A stretch of DNA of 64,000 bases from Camelus dromedarius. Its lineage: Eukaryota. Where the stretch lies: positions 24,306,001 through 24,370,000 of the forward strand of contig NC_087436.1 in the NCBI RefSeq assembly GCF_036321535.1, read 5' to 3'. The notes beneath the pieces are model-generated. The model saw nothing but the letters and a program-made list of their open reading frames with translations. It ran no database searches and was not told the origin of the DNA. Made by a program: the position numbers and the translations under genes. Each line of letters opens with the position of its first letter. The first letter of the stretch is position 1. This document shows, one piece after another, positions 36,301-50,440 of this stretch.

Positions 36301-38935
36301 AAGATGTGAGAGGAGTTTGCCATCAAAATGGAAAGCCACATATCCTACAGGAGCAGTAGAGTAAGTGGCAAATTCCCTTTGATCCAAGAGGCACGAGCTT
36401 TTAACTAGGATGAAAAGGGATTCAGAGATGTGGCACTGTTTATCTCACAGTTCTTGCCTCTCCTGGCTGGGATGGCTACATCCGAGAGGACGTAATCGAG
36501 TCTTCACAGGACGTTACCATATGATAAGATGGTGAAATACAACGGATCCTGTCATGTGTGCACTGAAAGGCATCAGATCATTGTATGGGAGCCGTGAGCT
36601 TGGGCTTAGTCAGAATTTAGGACTGCCTCCTCCAACTAGTTGAGCATGTTTTATACCTAATGTGCTTTAGAACTTACAGAAACCCTATGAATAAAGGAAT
36701 TATCCACATTTTATTCATATCAATAAATCAGACCAAGTATCTGACTCTGAAACTCAGGCTCTTAACCACAGTATTACACTACCTCGATTTTTTTTTCATG
36801 TGTAATATAAGGATAGTCAATATTCCTCCACCTACTCCTTAAGATTTGTTTAGAGGATAAAGTACAAAGATAGATGTGACAATATCTTTGGGAAACGTTT
36901 TTAAAGCCCTATATGCATGTGTGTTATGTTTGCATTGTTTTGATTAGTTGGTTTGCATTGTTTAAACCAGTTTGGCTTTAACCAAAGCTCTTAGACTACA
37001 TTTATCATTGGTGTCTGGTCAGAGATTTCTTTGTGATCATTGACCCTGTTGATGGTAGCCCAACACTCCTCCTGAGAAAAGATGTTGGTTCCATGTCTCT
37101 TTAACCTGAAAATATAACCTCTAGGAGTGGTAGCAAAAATCATATCTAGTTCATTGAAGCAAGCCCTGGAACAGTAGTAATAGATACTTGATAAATACTT
37201 GTGAAATAAATTATAACCAGTCCCTAGCATCTAGCATGATCCCTAGCATATTACAGGCATTTTGACAGATACTTATAGACAGTTTGACTGACTGATAGTA
37301 AGTGGCTGCTGTGGAACCTGGGGATGATCCAGAAGAGCTCAGACCAAACCCAGATCCGGAGTCTACTTTGGAATTCTTAGAGGAGTCCAGAGCAGTGATC
37401 TAGGAGTTTTTACAAATGTTCATTATCATTTACAAATGTTTACTTAGAAAGAATCCTTTTTCTAGGAGCTTCCAACACATTAAATGAGTGTAATGGATGC
37501 ATTAATTCAATTAATTTAAATGCATTTACTGCCTTTGACCATTCCCTCTTCCTGGCAAACAAATCAAAATTCAGCCCTAAGAATACCAAGGAAAGGATGA
37601 GCCATAGTGGTAGACAGATTTGTTTTCTTTTTTAATTTTAAATTGAGCAGTGCCAAATTGGAAGTGGTTAGGAGCTCTCGTGACAGATTTGATTTGATTT
37701 GTCAATTTGTCCTAACTGCTAGAAGTTCACTAAACAGTCTATACTACCAGTGAGATAGGTAATCACTAGTTGCTGGACGATGTATACTTGATGCTGGTCA
37801 AAGGCAGCAAGTGTGCTAACCTATATTTTGTTGCTTTCAGGACTACCTAACTTCTTGGTGGAGGGTCTGGGTCTGTCCCCTTCTTTGGGGCTTGGAAGTC
37901 TAAATTTGACCTCTCATTACCTAAAGATGACCTAAATGCTCTTAAGGTTTAATCACTAGGAATAGCTAGTTACTCTAAGCATCAGAAAGCCAGTTCTGAC
38001 CATTGGCTTGTACTCATTAAATGAGACTATGTTAAATATCACAAGAACTGGTTCAGAACTGAAGCCTTTGAGGGATGTTTAGTTATTCACATGGCAAATG
38101 AGCAAATATTTTGCCTGTAACATGCCAAGAGAACTTGGAATTAGAAGAACTATGTTCATGTTCTTTAAAAAAAAAATCATGACCATCAGTCCCTGAACAT
38201 TCCTCTCCACCACCTGTCGTTTGCTAAACGGAATAAATGCCACCTCCCTCAGAGGATTGAAGTGAAAATTAAAGGAGAAAATTTGTGCGAAAGTACTTTG
38301 TAAACTGTCAAATGCCAAGCACACATAAGGGACTGTTACAGTAGCAAACAGTCCCTTCCAAAGATTAATCATTTAGAAAATGTTATAAATATAAATTACT
38401 GGTTTCCATATTCAAACCACGACAAATTCTTGTAGCCACAATGAGGCAAGTAATTGAAATCTGGAGGGAAAAACTAATAATTTAGCGTTTTTAGTTGATT
38501 TGGAAATACTAGTTTCACATCCCATAGAGGAATATACAGCATTTATGGAGTTTCAAAAGCCAAAAGCCATTGTAGCAGTCAATTGCCTAGACATTCAATC
38601 ATTACCTGGGTCCCTTATGATTCTGAACATCACCCAGAGCAACAATGGAAGGCTAAGGCTACCCCTCTCCTTGTTTCATCTCCAGGAAACTTCCAGCTAT
38701 CCTTTCCACTCCCAAGAAACCTTAACGGTGTGCATGAGATAAAGTGAGTGCAGATTTCATACGGCGTGATAAACCATGTCTGCAAGTCCTGAAACATTTC
38801 CAGCCCGCTCTGAGGAGTTCCACTAAATGGAACAGTACAGAGCAGGCAGGTGACGGGGACGTCTTGGTTCCGCATCCCTTTGCTGAGATGCCACCATCAG
38901 CTTCTTGGATCACGCAGAAATCAACAAGAGTCTAG

Positions 38936-39400
<465 letters not shown>

Positions 39401-41871
39401 AGACTGAAAGTAGGGAACCTTTCCAGCGCAGCTTTTGAATCCGGACTAAACTTTCTGGGTTCGAATCTTGATCTTGGGGAAGAAATTTAACCTCAGGTGC
39501 TCATCTGTAAAATGAGGACAATAATAGTGTGAGTTTTAGGGAATTAACATGTAGTTAAAAGCGCTTAGAAAAATGCCTAACTGTAGCCGTAGTTTACCAC
39601 TTATGTTAATATAAGGACCAATGCGCTCTCCAGCTTCAAGAGGAAGATGGCCACTGATCTGAGGGCCAGGCAGGACGCGGGAGGCAGTGCTGGCCCCGCA
39701 GAAGTTGAGAAAATGCTCTTGAGTAAATAAACTCAAGACTTGGCGAGGGCTCGGCAGCCACAAGCCTGCGCCGTGGCATCCCTAGTGAGGAAACGGCCTT
39801 CGAAGCACTTCCCTTAGGAGATGCAGAGAGATCTGGAGCTGTCCATCCGTTTGGCTGCGTCGCCCATGCATTTAGATCTTCTAATGCACGCGAAAAGGGA
39901 GCATATTTCCTAAAGGGGAAGTGGCAGTGCGAGCTGGAAGCTTATTAAATAAAAATTGACGTGTACGCAAGTGCCTAGCGTAGGGTCTGGGACATTACAG
40001 GTGCTTCAGTGTGGGCATAAGAGCGATTTTCCTGCCAGCAGCCGGCCGACCTGCGCCCAGATTTGCGCTCCGGTGCAGTTCTGCCCCAGCCGGCTCTTTC
40101 CTAGTCCTCATCCATCTCCCCTCTCTTTTCAGTCTCTAATTGGGGTGGCAGATCTTAGACAACCTCCTAGAAAGTTCCTAGTTCTCCCTTCACGTCGCCT
40201 CACTTCCTAAGACTTGTGAGGTAGCTTTAGCCCAGTTCGTGCGTTTGAGCCGGGAAGAGAGGCTCCTGCGGAAAATTCCATGGCCGGTTTTTTGTTTGTT
40301 TTTTCACTTTGATTAGGCCTGTGGTGGTGATAGTGGTGGTGGGAAGGAAGGGAGGTATGTCCAACTAGCTTTATCTCTCTCTTAAAATGCTCCTGGGAAG
40401 AAGTTGACTCCAGCAACAGAAATAAGGAGTCTTCGTTTTCCTTGATCTTTATAGCGAGTAAGATAGAGCAGAGTTTTCACTGGTAAAATAGGGGGAAGCC
40501 ATTCATTTGAAACTTACGAAGATAACGGGGCTATTGTAATTGAGGGTGGAGTGGGGAGAAAGATGAGCCCCCTGACCGTGGCCTTTCGCGCTGTGTGACC
40601 GCCACCCACACTGTCCTCATGCACAAACATACACATCTTTTTTCTTTTTTTGTAGATGCACGTTTCAGATAATTTCCTCTCAGCTTGTGGCAAAAAAAAA
40701 AAAGTAGTTTAAAAATTCTAAATAGGTAGTTAGCAACACTGGTTGTAGCAGTAGTGGTCTTTTGCTCATTTTCATCTAATTGTTTGTAGTACTGATTTAT
40801 ATATGTATTTTCAGGACTACTATTGCCTGGAACTTTGGACATTAACCTTTTATTGGTACTTCCTACTTTGACGAAAAATGAAATTGTTTCCGTTTTATTG
40901 AAGGATAAAATTTTAACTGTGCTCATCAAATTTTGTTCTTTGGGTTTTGCTTTTAAAAATGTGAAATGTTAATGAATAAATAAATTAGATTTATAATAGA
41001 TCACCAGAAAAAACACAGAAAGGCAAAATAGAAGTCGCCTATAATCCTACCACTTAGTAAACACCACTATTCGCATTTTAGTATACATAGTGTTCCAGAC
41101 CTCTTTTCTCCTTTCCTGCATTTTTTTCTTATGTACATTCCACATATCTGAGATAGTCCTGTATAGACTATTTTGCTATAACTTTTCATTTACATTTACT
41201 GTATTGTAAATATTTTCTTGTGTATTTTTCTGCAAAAATTAAAATATCTATTTGTTTCACATTTATGAATATGCTAAAATTTGTCTAATTAGTCTTTACT
41301 GAATATTTATTTCCCATTGCATTTCTCTTATATAACTTTGCCATAACTGTGTTTTGTTTGTCTTTACTTAAGTCTCTGATAGTTTTATTTCTTCCTATTA
41401 AAAAAAACTTTTTGATATTTATGCCTAGTTGCCAACTATGAAAGCTATATATTCTCTATTTAATAACAGATGTATTTTTAAACCAACAAAAACCCCACTA
41501 CAAGTCAAAGCTGTAAACCTCTTATAGCCTCTCTGGGCACATTTGTAGGAAAAAAAAATAGTTTTTCTAAGAGATGGTCATTTATCTCCAAACTAAGAAC
41601 ATATATACAAAAATCTTTCCAGTTTTGCTACTACAGATATTTGTAGCTAATGCAAATGTCTTAAGATTTGCCCTCTGTAAATCATAACCTCCTCCTGGTC
41701 CCTACACCCCTGTTCTCTAGGGCAGGCCACATCAAATTGCTTTCCATTTTCCAAATCACACATCTCATGCTTTTTGCACATGCTGTGCCTTCTGCCTCCA
41801 GTGCAATTTTCCCTTCCCTTATTTATCTGACAGACTCCTCCTTTCCTTCAAAACTCAGGTCATGTCTTTTC

Positions 41872-42103
41872 CTTCTTTCTTTTTTTTTTTTTTCGTGTAA
41901 TAAATTTTTATTGACGTATAGTCAGTTTACAATGTTATGTCAATTTCCAGTGCACAGCACGGTGCCTCGGTCACATGTGAACATATATATATTCATTATC
42001 ATATTCATTTTCACCATGAATCACCACAAGATACCGAATATAGTTCCCTGCACTGTACAGCATGAACGTGTTTATCCATTCCATATATATATGTCAGTAT
42101 CTG
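41872..42103 (-). mobile_element. 5'-truncated L1 3' end with 16-bp TSD, inserted in an L2 remnant (~41740-42395)
   Basis: Poly-T, then L1 3'UTR sequence. TSD CAGGTCATGTCTTTTC at 41856-41871 and 42104-42119. The flanks show L2 3'-end motifs (tagactgtgagctacttgag...atgaacgaataaataaatg). Confidence 0.85.
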
Positions 42104-43109
42104 CAGGTCATGTCTTTTCAGTTGTGACAGCTACCTCTAGCCAACTAGCTGAATTCTTTCACTGCATTTTCCTGCTACTGCTGCTTCTACTTACCTCCAT
42201 TACAGCATTTGTCATACTGCCTTGCAATTATTTGTCTACAGTTATTTGTCTGTGCATCGGTTCCCTCTTTCTAGACTGTGAGCTACTTGAGACCACAGAC
42301 CTTGTGTGTCCTTTTCACAGTCACATCCTTAATGCTTCTTAAATGCCAGACACATAATAGTAGCTCAACTGTATTTAATGAACGAATAAATAAATGTCTC
42401 CACCTTTTTAATCTTTAAAATAAAGAATATGAGCTGTATGAACTTTAAGCTTTTTCTAGCTTTGAGTCTATTATAAAAATTTCAATTCCAGGGCATATGG
42501 TACATACAAATTCTAGCATGACAGAATTAATATATTTAAATATAATAATATAGCACCTTTATCTATTTTTATTAGCTTGTACAGAATTGTACTCCTATTT
42601 TAGATAAAACCTTATGGTAACATTTGTCTTTAAAAAGCTTGTATTTGCCCATCTTTAAAGACTTTATATTAAAAAAATTCAAGTTTCTTCCTTAACTACA
42701 TTTGTATTACACATTTATAGAAATGTGTTGGATTTCAACATGTTTTATTTAACATATAAATTTGAAGCACAAATGTGCTTCATTTTTTTAAAAAATTATC
42801 TTTTTCACTGAATCCTGTGGTGTAGTACATACAATAAACAGCTTTCTTTTGCTAATATGCATCTCGTTTGACTGTTAAAATTGTTTAGTCCTTTTGTCAT
42901 TTTTTTCTTTATCCTCGCCTGAACTCCCTCCAAGAAAAGCATAATGCTAAGCATCAAGATGACAGGTTTTATAAGTACTTATCAAATTAGATTGGGAAAA
43001 TGTCAAGTGGAATTATTACCCTACCTTGTAACACTGTATTCCCTTAAGCTAAAATCAGTTGATGTTAATAGATTCTAGGTTCACTGAGGCGAAAATTTTA
43101 AAGATGTAA

Positions 43110-43280
<171 letters not shown>

Positions 43281-43599
43281 TAACTAACCCTGTTCAGGAA
43301 TTCATATATTTTACAACCTGTGATAAAACTCAAAGCAATGTCAAGGCTAGGACATGGGATTAACTAAATATATAAGATTATGGAAAAAAATTTTAAGTAC
43401 AAAATACTGAATACCACTAAGTATGAATGACTTAGTAAAAGCAATGTTGTTATAAATACTAATAGTACAAATAGCTGACATTTGAATGTTTACCATATGA
43501 CAGAATCATCCTTATTTAATAATTACAACAATTCTATAAGGTAGGTATTATTATAAACATTTAACAAGAACTATTTTGAGAGATTAACTTTAAAAAAAT

Positions 43600-43950
43600 T
43601 AATAGACAATTTTTTAGAGCAGTTTTAGGTTTACAGAAAAATAAGCAGAAAGGACAGAGAATTCCCATACACCTCCTCTCACCCCTCTGCCCCCTTTTCC
43701 GTACAATCTTGCTTTAGTGACGTACATCTGTTATAACTGAGTCGATATTGATACATTATTATTAACCAAAGTCTATAGTTTGCATGAGGGGTCACTCTTT
43801 GTGTTGTACTTTATGTGGGTTTTGACAAATATATGACATGTATCCATCATTACAGTAGCATGCATAATAGTTTCACTGCCCTAAAAATACCCTGTGCTCA
43901 AAGTATTCATCCTTCCCTCCCTCCTCCTAATCTTTTTACTATCTCCATAG
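43600..43950 (-). mobile_element. L1MC-like 3' fragment
   Basis: tttttagagcagttttaggtttacagaaaa...cattattattaaccaaagtc...gggttttgacaaat...tagtttcactgccctaaaaat. Confidence 0.8.
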
Positions 43951-43951
43951 G

Positions 43952-44101
43952 ATTTTGGTTTTTTTTTTTTTTTTTTTTGAAGTTTTCAGTTTTTTTTTAA
44001 ATAATTAAAAAAAAATTTTTTTTAATGGAGGTACTGGGGATTGAACCCTGGACTTCGTGCATGCTAAGCATGTGCTCTCCCACTGAGCTATACCCACCCC
44101 C
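43952..44101 (-). mobile_element. tRNA-derived SINE (Vic-1-like)
   Basis: ggaggtactggggattgaaccctggac...gcatgctaagcatgtgctctcccactgagctatacccacccc. Confidence 0.87.
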
Positions 44102-45071
44102 TCCATGGTTTTTATTAGCTTTATATCTTTATATACTTTTTTTTTTAAAGTAGTATTTATCTATAATTTTTTTAATTCAAAAGTCATATAAAATTAAAAG
44201 ACTATAAAACAAAGCTTTAATAGTATGATTTTGAAGCTAAAAAAGTGAAACATTTGTGAGTTAATAAGATAAACCTATTTAATCATTCATCATTTTGTCA
44301 TAAACTTTCTAAGTGGAAATCTAATCTTTATTATGAATAAAAGTAGAATAAATATAAATTCTTCAGAAACCATAAGACTACACAATCACTACATTTTGTT
44401 TTGGCCCTACAGAAATATGCATAAAGGGATTTTTAGTCATAACTGGCAGTTTGTAGGTCTATGCAGATGCCAAAACCAAAATACATATTCTAATCTTCAG
44501 AAATTTGAAAGCCTTGAGAAGCCAGGAAACGTCAAACATGTCACTTATATTATTACCCTACCCTAATCTACCAGCTTTCACTCATACCCAGATTCCTCTG
44601 CTTCTGACATCTTTCTACTGCTTAAAATTGAATTCACTGCCCAGGGCTACTATCATTGGATACAGGCCACTGGAAAAACAGATTAAACTAGGCCATGTGA
44701 TTATGCAGGAAGCTGGAAGACTGAATTTCATCTGGGCATCACTACACTGCTTTCAGGAGGAAATACAGAACGTGAGGCACTCAAAAACCCATATTCTGGC
44801 CCTCCCCTTCCCCTCCATGTCCTGCACTAAAATAAATTCGATATTAGATTTCTCTGAATTAAATCCACAGATGCTTCATACCCAAGAGCCCGTTTTTTTT
44901 TTCCAAGTAAAATCTACTACTAGAGCCTCTTTGAATCTGAGAAAGGCCCAGGTCCCTTCAGTATTTTGAGGGTCTGATATCTTAAAAGACAAAATGCCAG
45001 ACTGGTTTCTAAAAGTTGTGGTATATTTTAGATGCTAACATTAATAAATAAATATCATTTAGAAATAACTT

Positions 45072-45185
45072 CTAGCTCAAGTGGAGTGCATGCTTAGCAT
45101 ACATAAGGTCCTCAGTTCAATCTTCAGTACCACCTCTAAAAATAAATAAACCTAATTACCCTTCCCACCAAAAAAAATAATAATT
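45072..45185 (+). mobile_element. tRNA-derived SINE (Vic-1-like, 5'-degraded)
   Basis: tagctcaagtggagtgcatgcttagcat...gttcaatcttcagtacc...aaacctaattaccc. Confidence 0.8.
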
Positions 45186-45735
45186 TTCAAAGTCTAAATT
45201 TGAGACCCTCTCTTCTAATAGACCTTTCTTCTACTCTGTGCTTGACTGTGTTCAATTTGGAAAAGTTAGATCCTCTGGGTTACATGTTACTATGAATTAT
45301 TCTTGTATTTCACCTCTTTGATTCTGCTTTAGCAGCTGAATTGTGTTTTAGCCCCTTGAACAATAAGACTAATGTCCTTGGGATGTTGCGGCTGGATGGT
45401 CATTTCAAGGACAGGAATTTGGGCAGAGGTTCAGTTTTACTGTACTGAGAACTGAGGGTGCTGATTCAGCCTCCTGGCCCTGTAAGCTGTCAGGAGATCC
45501 CACCCTATTAGGAAAATATTCCTGCTTTTATACAAAAATGTTGACTGTCATCCCTGCTGATCCTGTTTGTTCTGTGAGTTTCAAAGCCAGATGATTCAAG
45601 TCTGAATTCACCAAACACCGTGGGTTTGTTAAAGGGCCACTTTTGCATCATTTCCACCCCCAAGGTTATGGATTTTCCATTTTCACAGCCTAATTTTAAC
45701 ATACTATAAAATGGTTTGTAATTTGCATAGGATAA

Positions 45736-45862
45736 TTTTTTTTTTTGAGGGGAGGAGGTAGTTAGGTTTACTTATTTATTTTTGATGGAGGTACTGGGGA
45801 TTGAACCCAGAACCTCATGCATGCTAAGCATGTGCTCTGCCACTGAGCTGTATCCTCTCCCT
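45736..45862 (-). mobile_element. tRNA-derived SINE (Vic-1-like)
   Basis: Reverse-complement head, flanked by tgcataggat(a/g)att repeats. Confidence 0.87.
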
Positions 45863-46035
45863 GCATAGGATGATTTTTAATGATGTGCTTGGTTCATGAT
45901 TATTAAAAATTGAGAAAATACTACATATAAATATACAATTTTTTTTAAAATCTATATTCCTAAAAGATAAATCACTACCAACACTTTCTTAAGCTGAGAT
46001 AATACAGACAATATTATCTAATTAGTGAGATTATC

Positions 46036-46275
46036 TTTTTTCTTTTAAAGTGAAAGCAAGTTTATTTAGAGAGAGACACACCCCATAGACAGAGTGTGGG
46101 CTGTCTCACTCAGAAGGGAGAGCAGCTTAGGAGATACACACTCCATAGGCAGAATGTGAGCCACCTCAAAAGGCGAGAGAGAGGCTGTGAGATGTGGGGT
46201 GTTTAGTTTAAAATGAAAGGAGATACACACTCCATAGAGAGTGAGGGCTGTCTCAGAAGGCAAGAGAGAGAGTGA
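46036..46275 (-). mobile_element. ERV1-type LTR-like fragment with three internal repeats, ending in a poly(A) signal and A-rich tail
   Basis: Three copies of gaga(t)acaca(c)tccatag..agagtg.gggctgtctc.agaagg. The minus strand ends AATAAActtgctttcacttt-aaaagaaaaaa. Confidence 0.55.
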
Positions 46276-46519
46276 CCGAGATTTTCATTTTGAAACTCTC
46301 ATTGGCATATAGGAATACAGGCCAGAGATGACTACTTGAATATGAAATTAAAGAAAGCCTGCACATTGTCTCTATGATAAAGACAGCTTTATTCCCAATT
46401 CTGTTTCTCAAGTAAAACCCGCAGGCAGGACATACTGCTGCTTTTAGTGACTAACCCTAGCTTACTTAAGGGATCTTCATTAGGGTCTACAAATCTGTCA
46501 GTTTGGAAGACTTTTTGAA

Positions 46520-47255
46520 AACTTTTTATTGTGAGAGAATTGAGTTTCACATGCAGTTATAAGAACTAATACGGAGAGAGTGTGTATACCTTTTGTCTCA
46601 TTTTCCCCAGTGATAACATCTTTTCTAACTATAATGCAGTATCACAACCAGGAAATTGACATTGATGACATCCATAGACCTTATTCAGATTTCACCAGCT
46701 TTACATACACGTGTGTGTGTGAGTGCGCACACTCACATGCATGTACATAGTCCTAAGCAGTTTTACCACATGTGTAGATTCATGTATTCACCACCACAGT
46801 CAAGAGACAGGACAGTTCCATCACCACAAGGGTCCCTTGTGCTGTTCTTTTGTGCCTGTACTCACTTCCCTCCTGCTCTCCCCTCCCTCCTACTTCCTGG
46901 CAACCACTAATCTATTCTCTATTTCTGTATTTCTTGTCATTTCAAGAATGTTACCCCCCTAAAAATAATGTTACATAAATGGAATCCTAAGGTATGTAAC
47001 CTTTTGAAGTTGGCTTTTTTTCACACAGCGTAATTTACCTGGAGATTCATCCAAATTGTTTCTTGTATCTATGGTTTATTCTTTTTATGGCTGAGGAGTC
47101 TTCTTTGTTATGGATGCACCACAGTTTGTGTAACCAGTCACCTGCTGGAGGACATCTGGGCTGATTCCAGTTTTTGGCTATTACAAATAAAGCTACAGTG
47201 AGCATTTGTGTACAGGTTTTTGTGTGCACATAAATTTCCTTTTCTCTGAGTTAAA
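46520..47255 (-). mobile_element. L1MB/MC-like fragment (ORF2 C-terminus plus 3'UTR)
   Basis: ORF 47047-47229 (HTKTCTQMLTVALFVIAKNWNQPRCP) is recognisable as the L1 ORF2 C-terminus. Confidence 0.88.
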
Positions 47256-47511
47256 TGCTGGGGGGTATTTGTAAATTGATTCTAGCATGATTTTTTTTTC
47301 TTCCTTGTCTTTCTGTCTACTTTGTGTATTCAGTTATCTTTGACCTCTCTTAGAGCATTTGTGTCTTTCCTTTTTTAAGCATTCTACTTATGACAAAGAT
47401 TTCCAAAGGGGAAATAAAAGAGTAGGTGGTGTGTATTGGTTTCTCTTCTTTGAACTGTATATACCTTTAAATTTGGCATGATGAGTCTTATAGCTCAAGA
47501 AATAAACTTAA

Positions 47512-47661
<150 letters not shown>

Positions 47662-48344
47662 TGATTTTCATCATCTGTGTCTAGCAATGAACACTATTTG
47701 CTTTTGGCTTCTTTACTAACTAGTCCAGAATGGCACTGGGTAAGAGTCTGTTCAAAAAGGAAAAGTCCAACCAAAGCCTAAAGAATACTGTTAGACATTT
47801 TGGATGAGTGCATTTGATAAATGTAAACGTTGTACATTTGTACTGCTGACCAGCAGCTTTGACTTCTTTGTGTGGTGATATTACTTTTCCCTGCTCAGGC
47901 TTCCATTCATGCAGGCCTAATTTTAGTATCTGTCTCTCTCAGCAGCTTGACCTTTCATTTCCCTCAGTGTTTTTTAAGTCATAAAACTAATTTTGTTTCC
48001 ATTTTGGCTAAGACCACCTGTGTAGTGACACTAGTAGATTTGGTCATGTCTGCTGAGTCCCTCAGTTGATCTGATTGATAAAATGGCAACTTATGGGAAC
48101 AGAAACTTTACCTTTTCGCTCTGATGTATATTTCTTCCCTTAAACTGCTTGCTTTAAACCATAATTTTTCCATCTCAACTATAATGCCATTATTATCAAA
48201 TACTATGATCACTATTAAGGGACAGAGGAAATAGCTGCTCATGGACCAGTTTTAACCTTTTAGTCATTTAACCTTTAGACAACAATAAGAAACAGTATAT
48301 CATCAATAAACATTACTGAATATAATCATGAGAATGTTAATCGT

Positions 48345-48535
48345 AATAATAATAAAATACAGCATTTCCATAGCACTTCCTTGGTTTTAAACCCTTTTCA
48401 TACACATTATTCTAATCAATCCTCACAATAGCTCTGTGAGGTAGATATTATTAGTATCCCCATTTTACAGATGACAAAACTGAGGTTGAGAGAGGCGTAG
48501 TGATTCCTCAGTGTCATCAGCTAGTAAGTTGGCTA
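48345..48535 (-). mobile_element. MIR SINE
   Basis: aatcctcacaatagctctgtgaggtagatattattagtatccccattttacagatgacaaaactgagg. Confidence 0.85.
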
Positions 48536-48869
48536 CTTTTCCATGCTATTTCACATGACACGTTGCCTGTTTGTTTTCATGGTTTCTATCTGAATAAATA
48601 ATACACGTAAATTATTATTTTTTTTAAGCAGGTTCAAAAGGGTTTGCAGAATAGCAGATCCTCAATTTTACCTCCACAGAGGCAACCAATAATACTAGTT
48701 TCTTTGTATCCCCTGGATAGAGTCTTTGCAAATATAGCTATCTAGGTCTATCTTACCCTTTTGTCCTAACACAAAAAGTACCATACTATATACATTGCTC
48801 TTTGCTTTGCTTTTTTTCACTTAACAGACTACCTTGATTCCATTTCATGTCTACTTATTGACCTGTCTC

Positions 48870-49002
48870 ATTTATTTGTTTGTTTGTTTGTTTGTTTGTT
48901 TGTTTGTTTGTTTGTTTTAATGGCAGTGCCGCAGATTGAACCCTGGACCTCGTTCATGCTAGGCATGCTCTCTTGCCACTGAGTTATCCACCCCCGCCCC
49001 CC
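48870..49002 (-). mobile_element. tRNA-derived SINE (Vic-1-like) with a (TTTG)n tail
   Basis: (tttg)~10 followed by gattgaaccctggacctcg..catgctaggcatgc...ccactgagtta. Lies about 90 nt upstream of the MGARP exon 4 acceptor. Confidence 0.82.
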
Positions 49003-49093
49003 TCATCTTATTTGTTTTAATGACTGTGCAGTGTCCCACCATATTTTCTTGCTCTTTAAATTAATACTTTGCTTAATGGACTAAATTTTAAAG

Positions 49094-49578
49094 GTGAAAA
49101 AGAGAACGTTGCTGGAGCTGAGGAAACCAGTTCAGAAGTCCCTGGAGCATCTATAGTGGAAGCGCCGGTGGTGGGCGCTGAGGATACTCCGGATGCTACA
49201 GTTGCAGTCGTCACGGAGGCTTCCCCCTGCCCAGAAGGTGCGGAGGCTGCTCAGGCGGAGGCTGCGGAGGCCGTCGCCGTGGAGACCGTCGCAGTCGGTG
49301 CTGAAACTCGGCCAGAGGTTACATACTCGGCGCCCGGCGAAAGCGCAGAGGTCGGCCCTGAGATGGTGTCCCAGGTTATGAGCGCAGATCCGGAGGAAGC
49401 TGCTGCCATCAGCAGTGATAAAGGTACAACAGAGAACCAAAGCTGTGGCGAATATGCTGAACCAGAAGAAGAAAGTTCTCCAGTTGAGCTAGAACCCTCT
49501 GCTGGGAATGATTTACAGGAAGAAGCCAGTGTTGGTCCCGAGGGCGCCTCAGCCGGAGGCGAATCGCCTACTGATTGA
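49094..49578 (+). CDS. MGARP: MGARP exon 4 (Glu/Ala-rich cytosolic tail; total protein 254 aa)
   Basis: Acceptor tttaaag at 49093; (G)EKENVAGAEETSSEV...EASVGPEGASAGGESPTD* (TGA ends at 49578). The frame is consistent with exons 1-3 (82+104+94+485 = 765 nt). Confidence 0.95.
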
Positions 49579-49937
49579 CACTTCAGCCAAAAATGCCCTA
49601 GAGGGGCTGATGGGTGTTTTTGTAGTTTTAGTAACCTTAGTTTTTAAAAAAGGCTTCTCTTCTAGAAAACGTTACTGTGCCTTGAGGACTGTTGGTGTCT
49701 ACTGATAGATTTCAGGATTGAGAGATGAGAGATTTTACATGTCTGAATAGTTTTCTACTCTCTAGGATCAGAATATGAAAGCTGTAAAGAGTTTAGAGTT
49801 TCATCTCTGGATTGAAATTTTATATCAGAGGCATTGAGCTATCTATACAACCTGCGTTCACTTTAATTTTGCTATAACTTTACCTTTCTTTAATGTATGT
49901 AAATCTAGATTCTTGGGTTTTGATCTGAACTCATTTA

Positions 49938-49943
49938 AATAAA
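49938..49943 (+). terminator. MGARP: Likely MGARP polyadenylation signal AATAAA
   Basis: First AATAAA about 360 nt after the stop codon, followed by a T/GT-rich downstream stretch. Confidence 0.6.
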
Positions 49944-50440
49944 TTTGGAAACTCTTTAGTGCTTCTATTTTTGTTTACTAATATTTATATATATAAATAA
50001 TACATATTAATATACACACATGTGACATCACGTGAACATTGCAATGTTATCAAAGAAAACATATAATCTATGGAGAACTCAGCATATGACAATATTTCCT
50101 TTCTCCCATTACATGGGGGCTGTGCCGATATTTTCCATTTTGGTTTAGCTCATTTCAAGCAATGTTTACTGAGGACTTCCACTTTGTGCCAGGGATCATT
50201 CACTCATTCATTCATTCACATATGAAACAGATATGTAACGTACCAAGCACTGTTCTAAGTGCTGAGATTTTTTTTTTAAAGATAATTCTTACCCATCCCA
50301 GCTCATGTTCTAGAGTATGATCAAACAATAAACAAGATAAATAAGAAAACTATATACTATGTTAGATACTGGTAAGTATTTTAAAAGTAATGAAAGTAAA
50401 GGGATTATAAGTGTTGGTTGGGGTGGGAGTTGTCATTTTA

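Noticed and set aside
41668..42342. 224-aa ORF (longest in the track)
   Set aside because: Non-ATG start; it runs across an L2 remnant and an antisense L1 tail inside MGARP intron 1, with no recognisable protein similarity.
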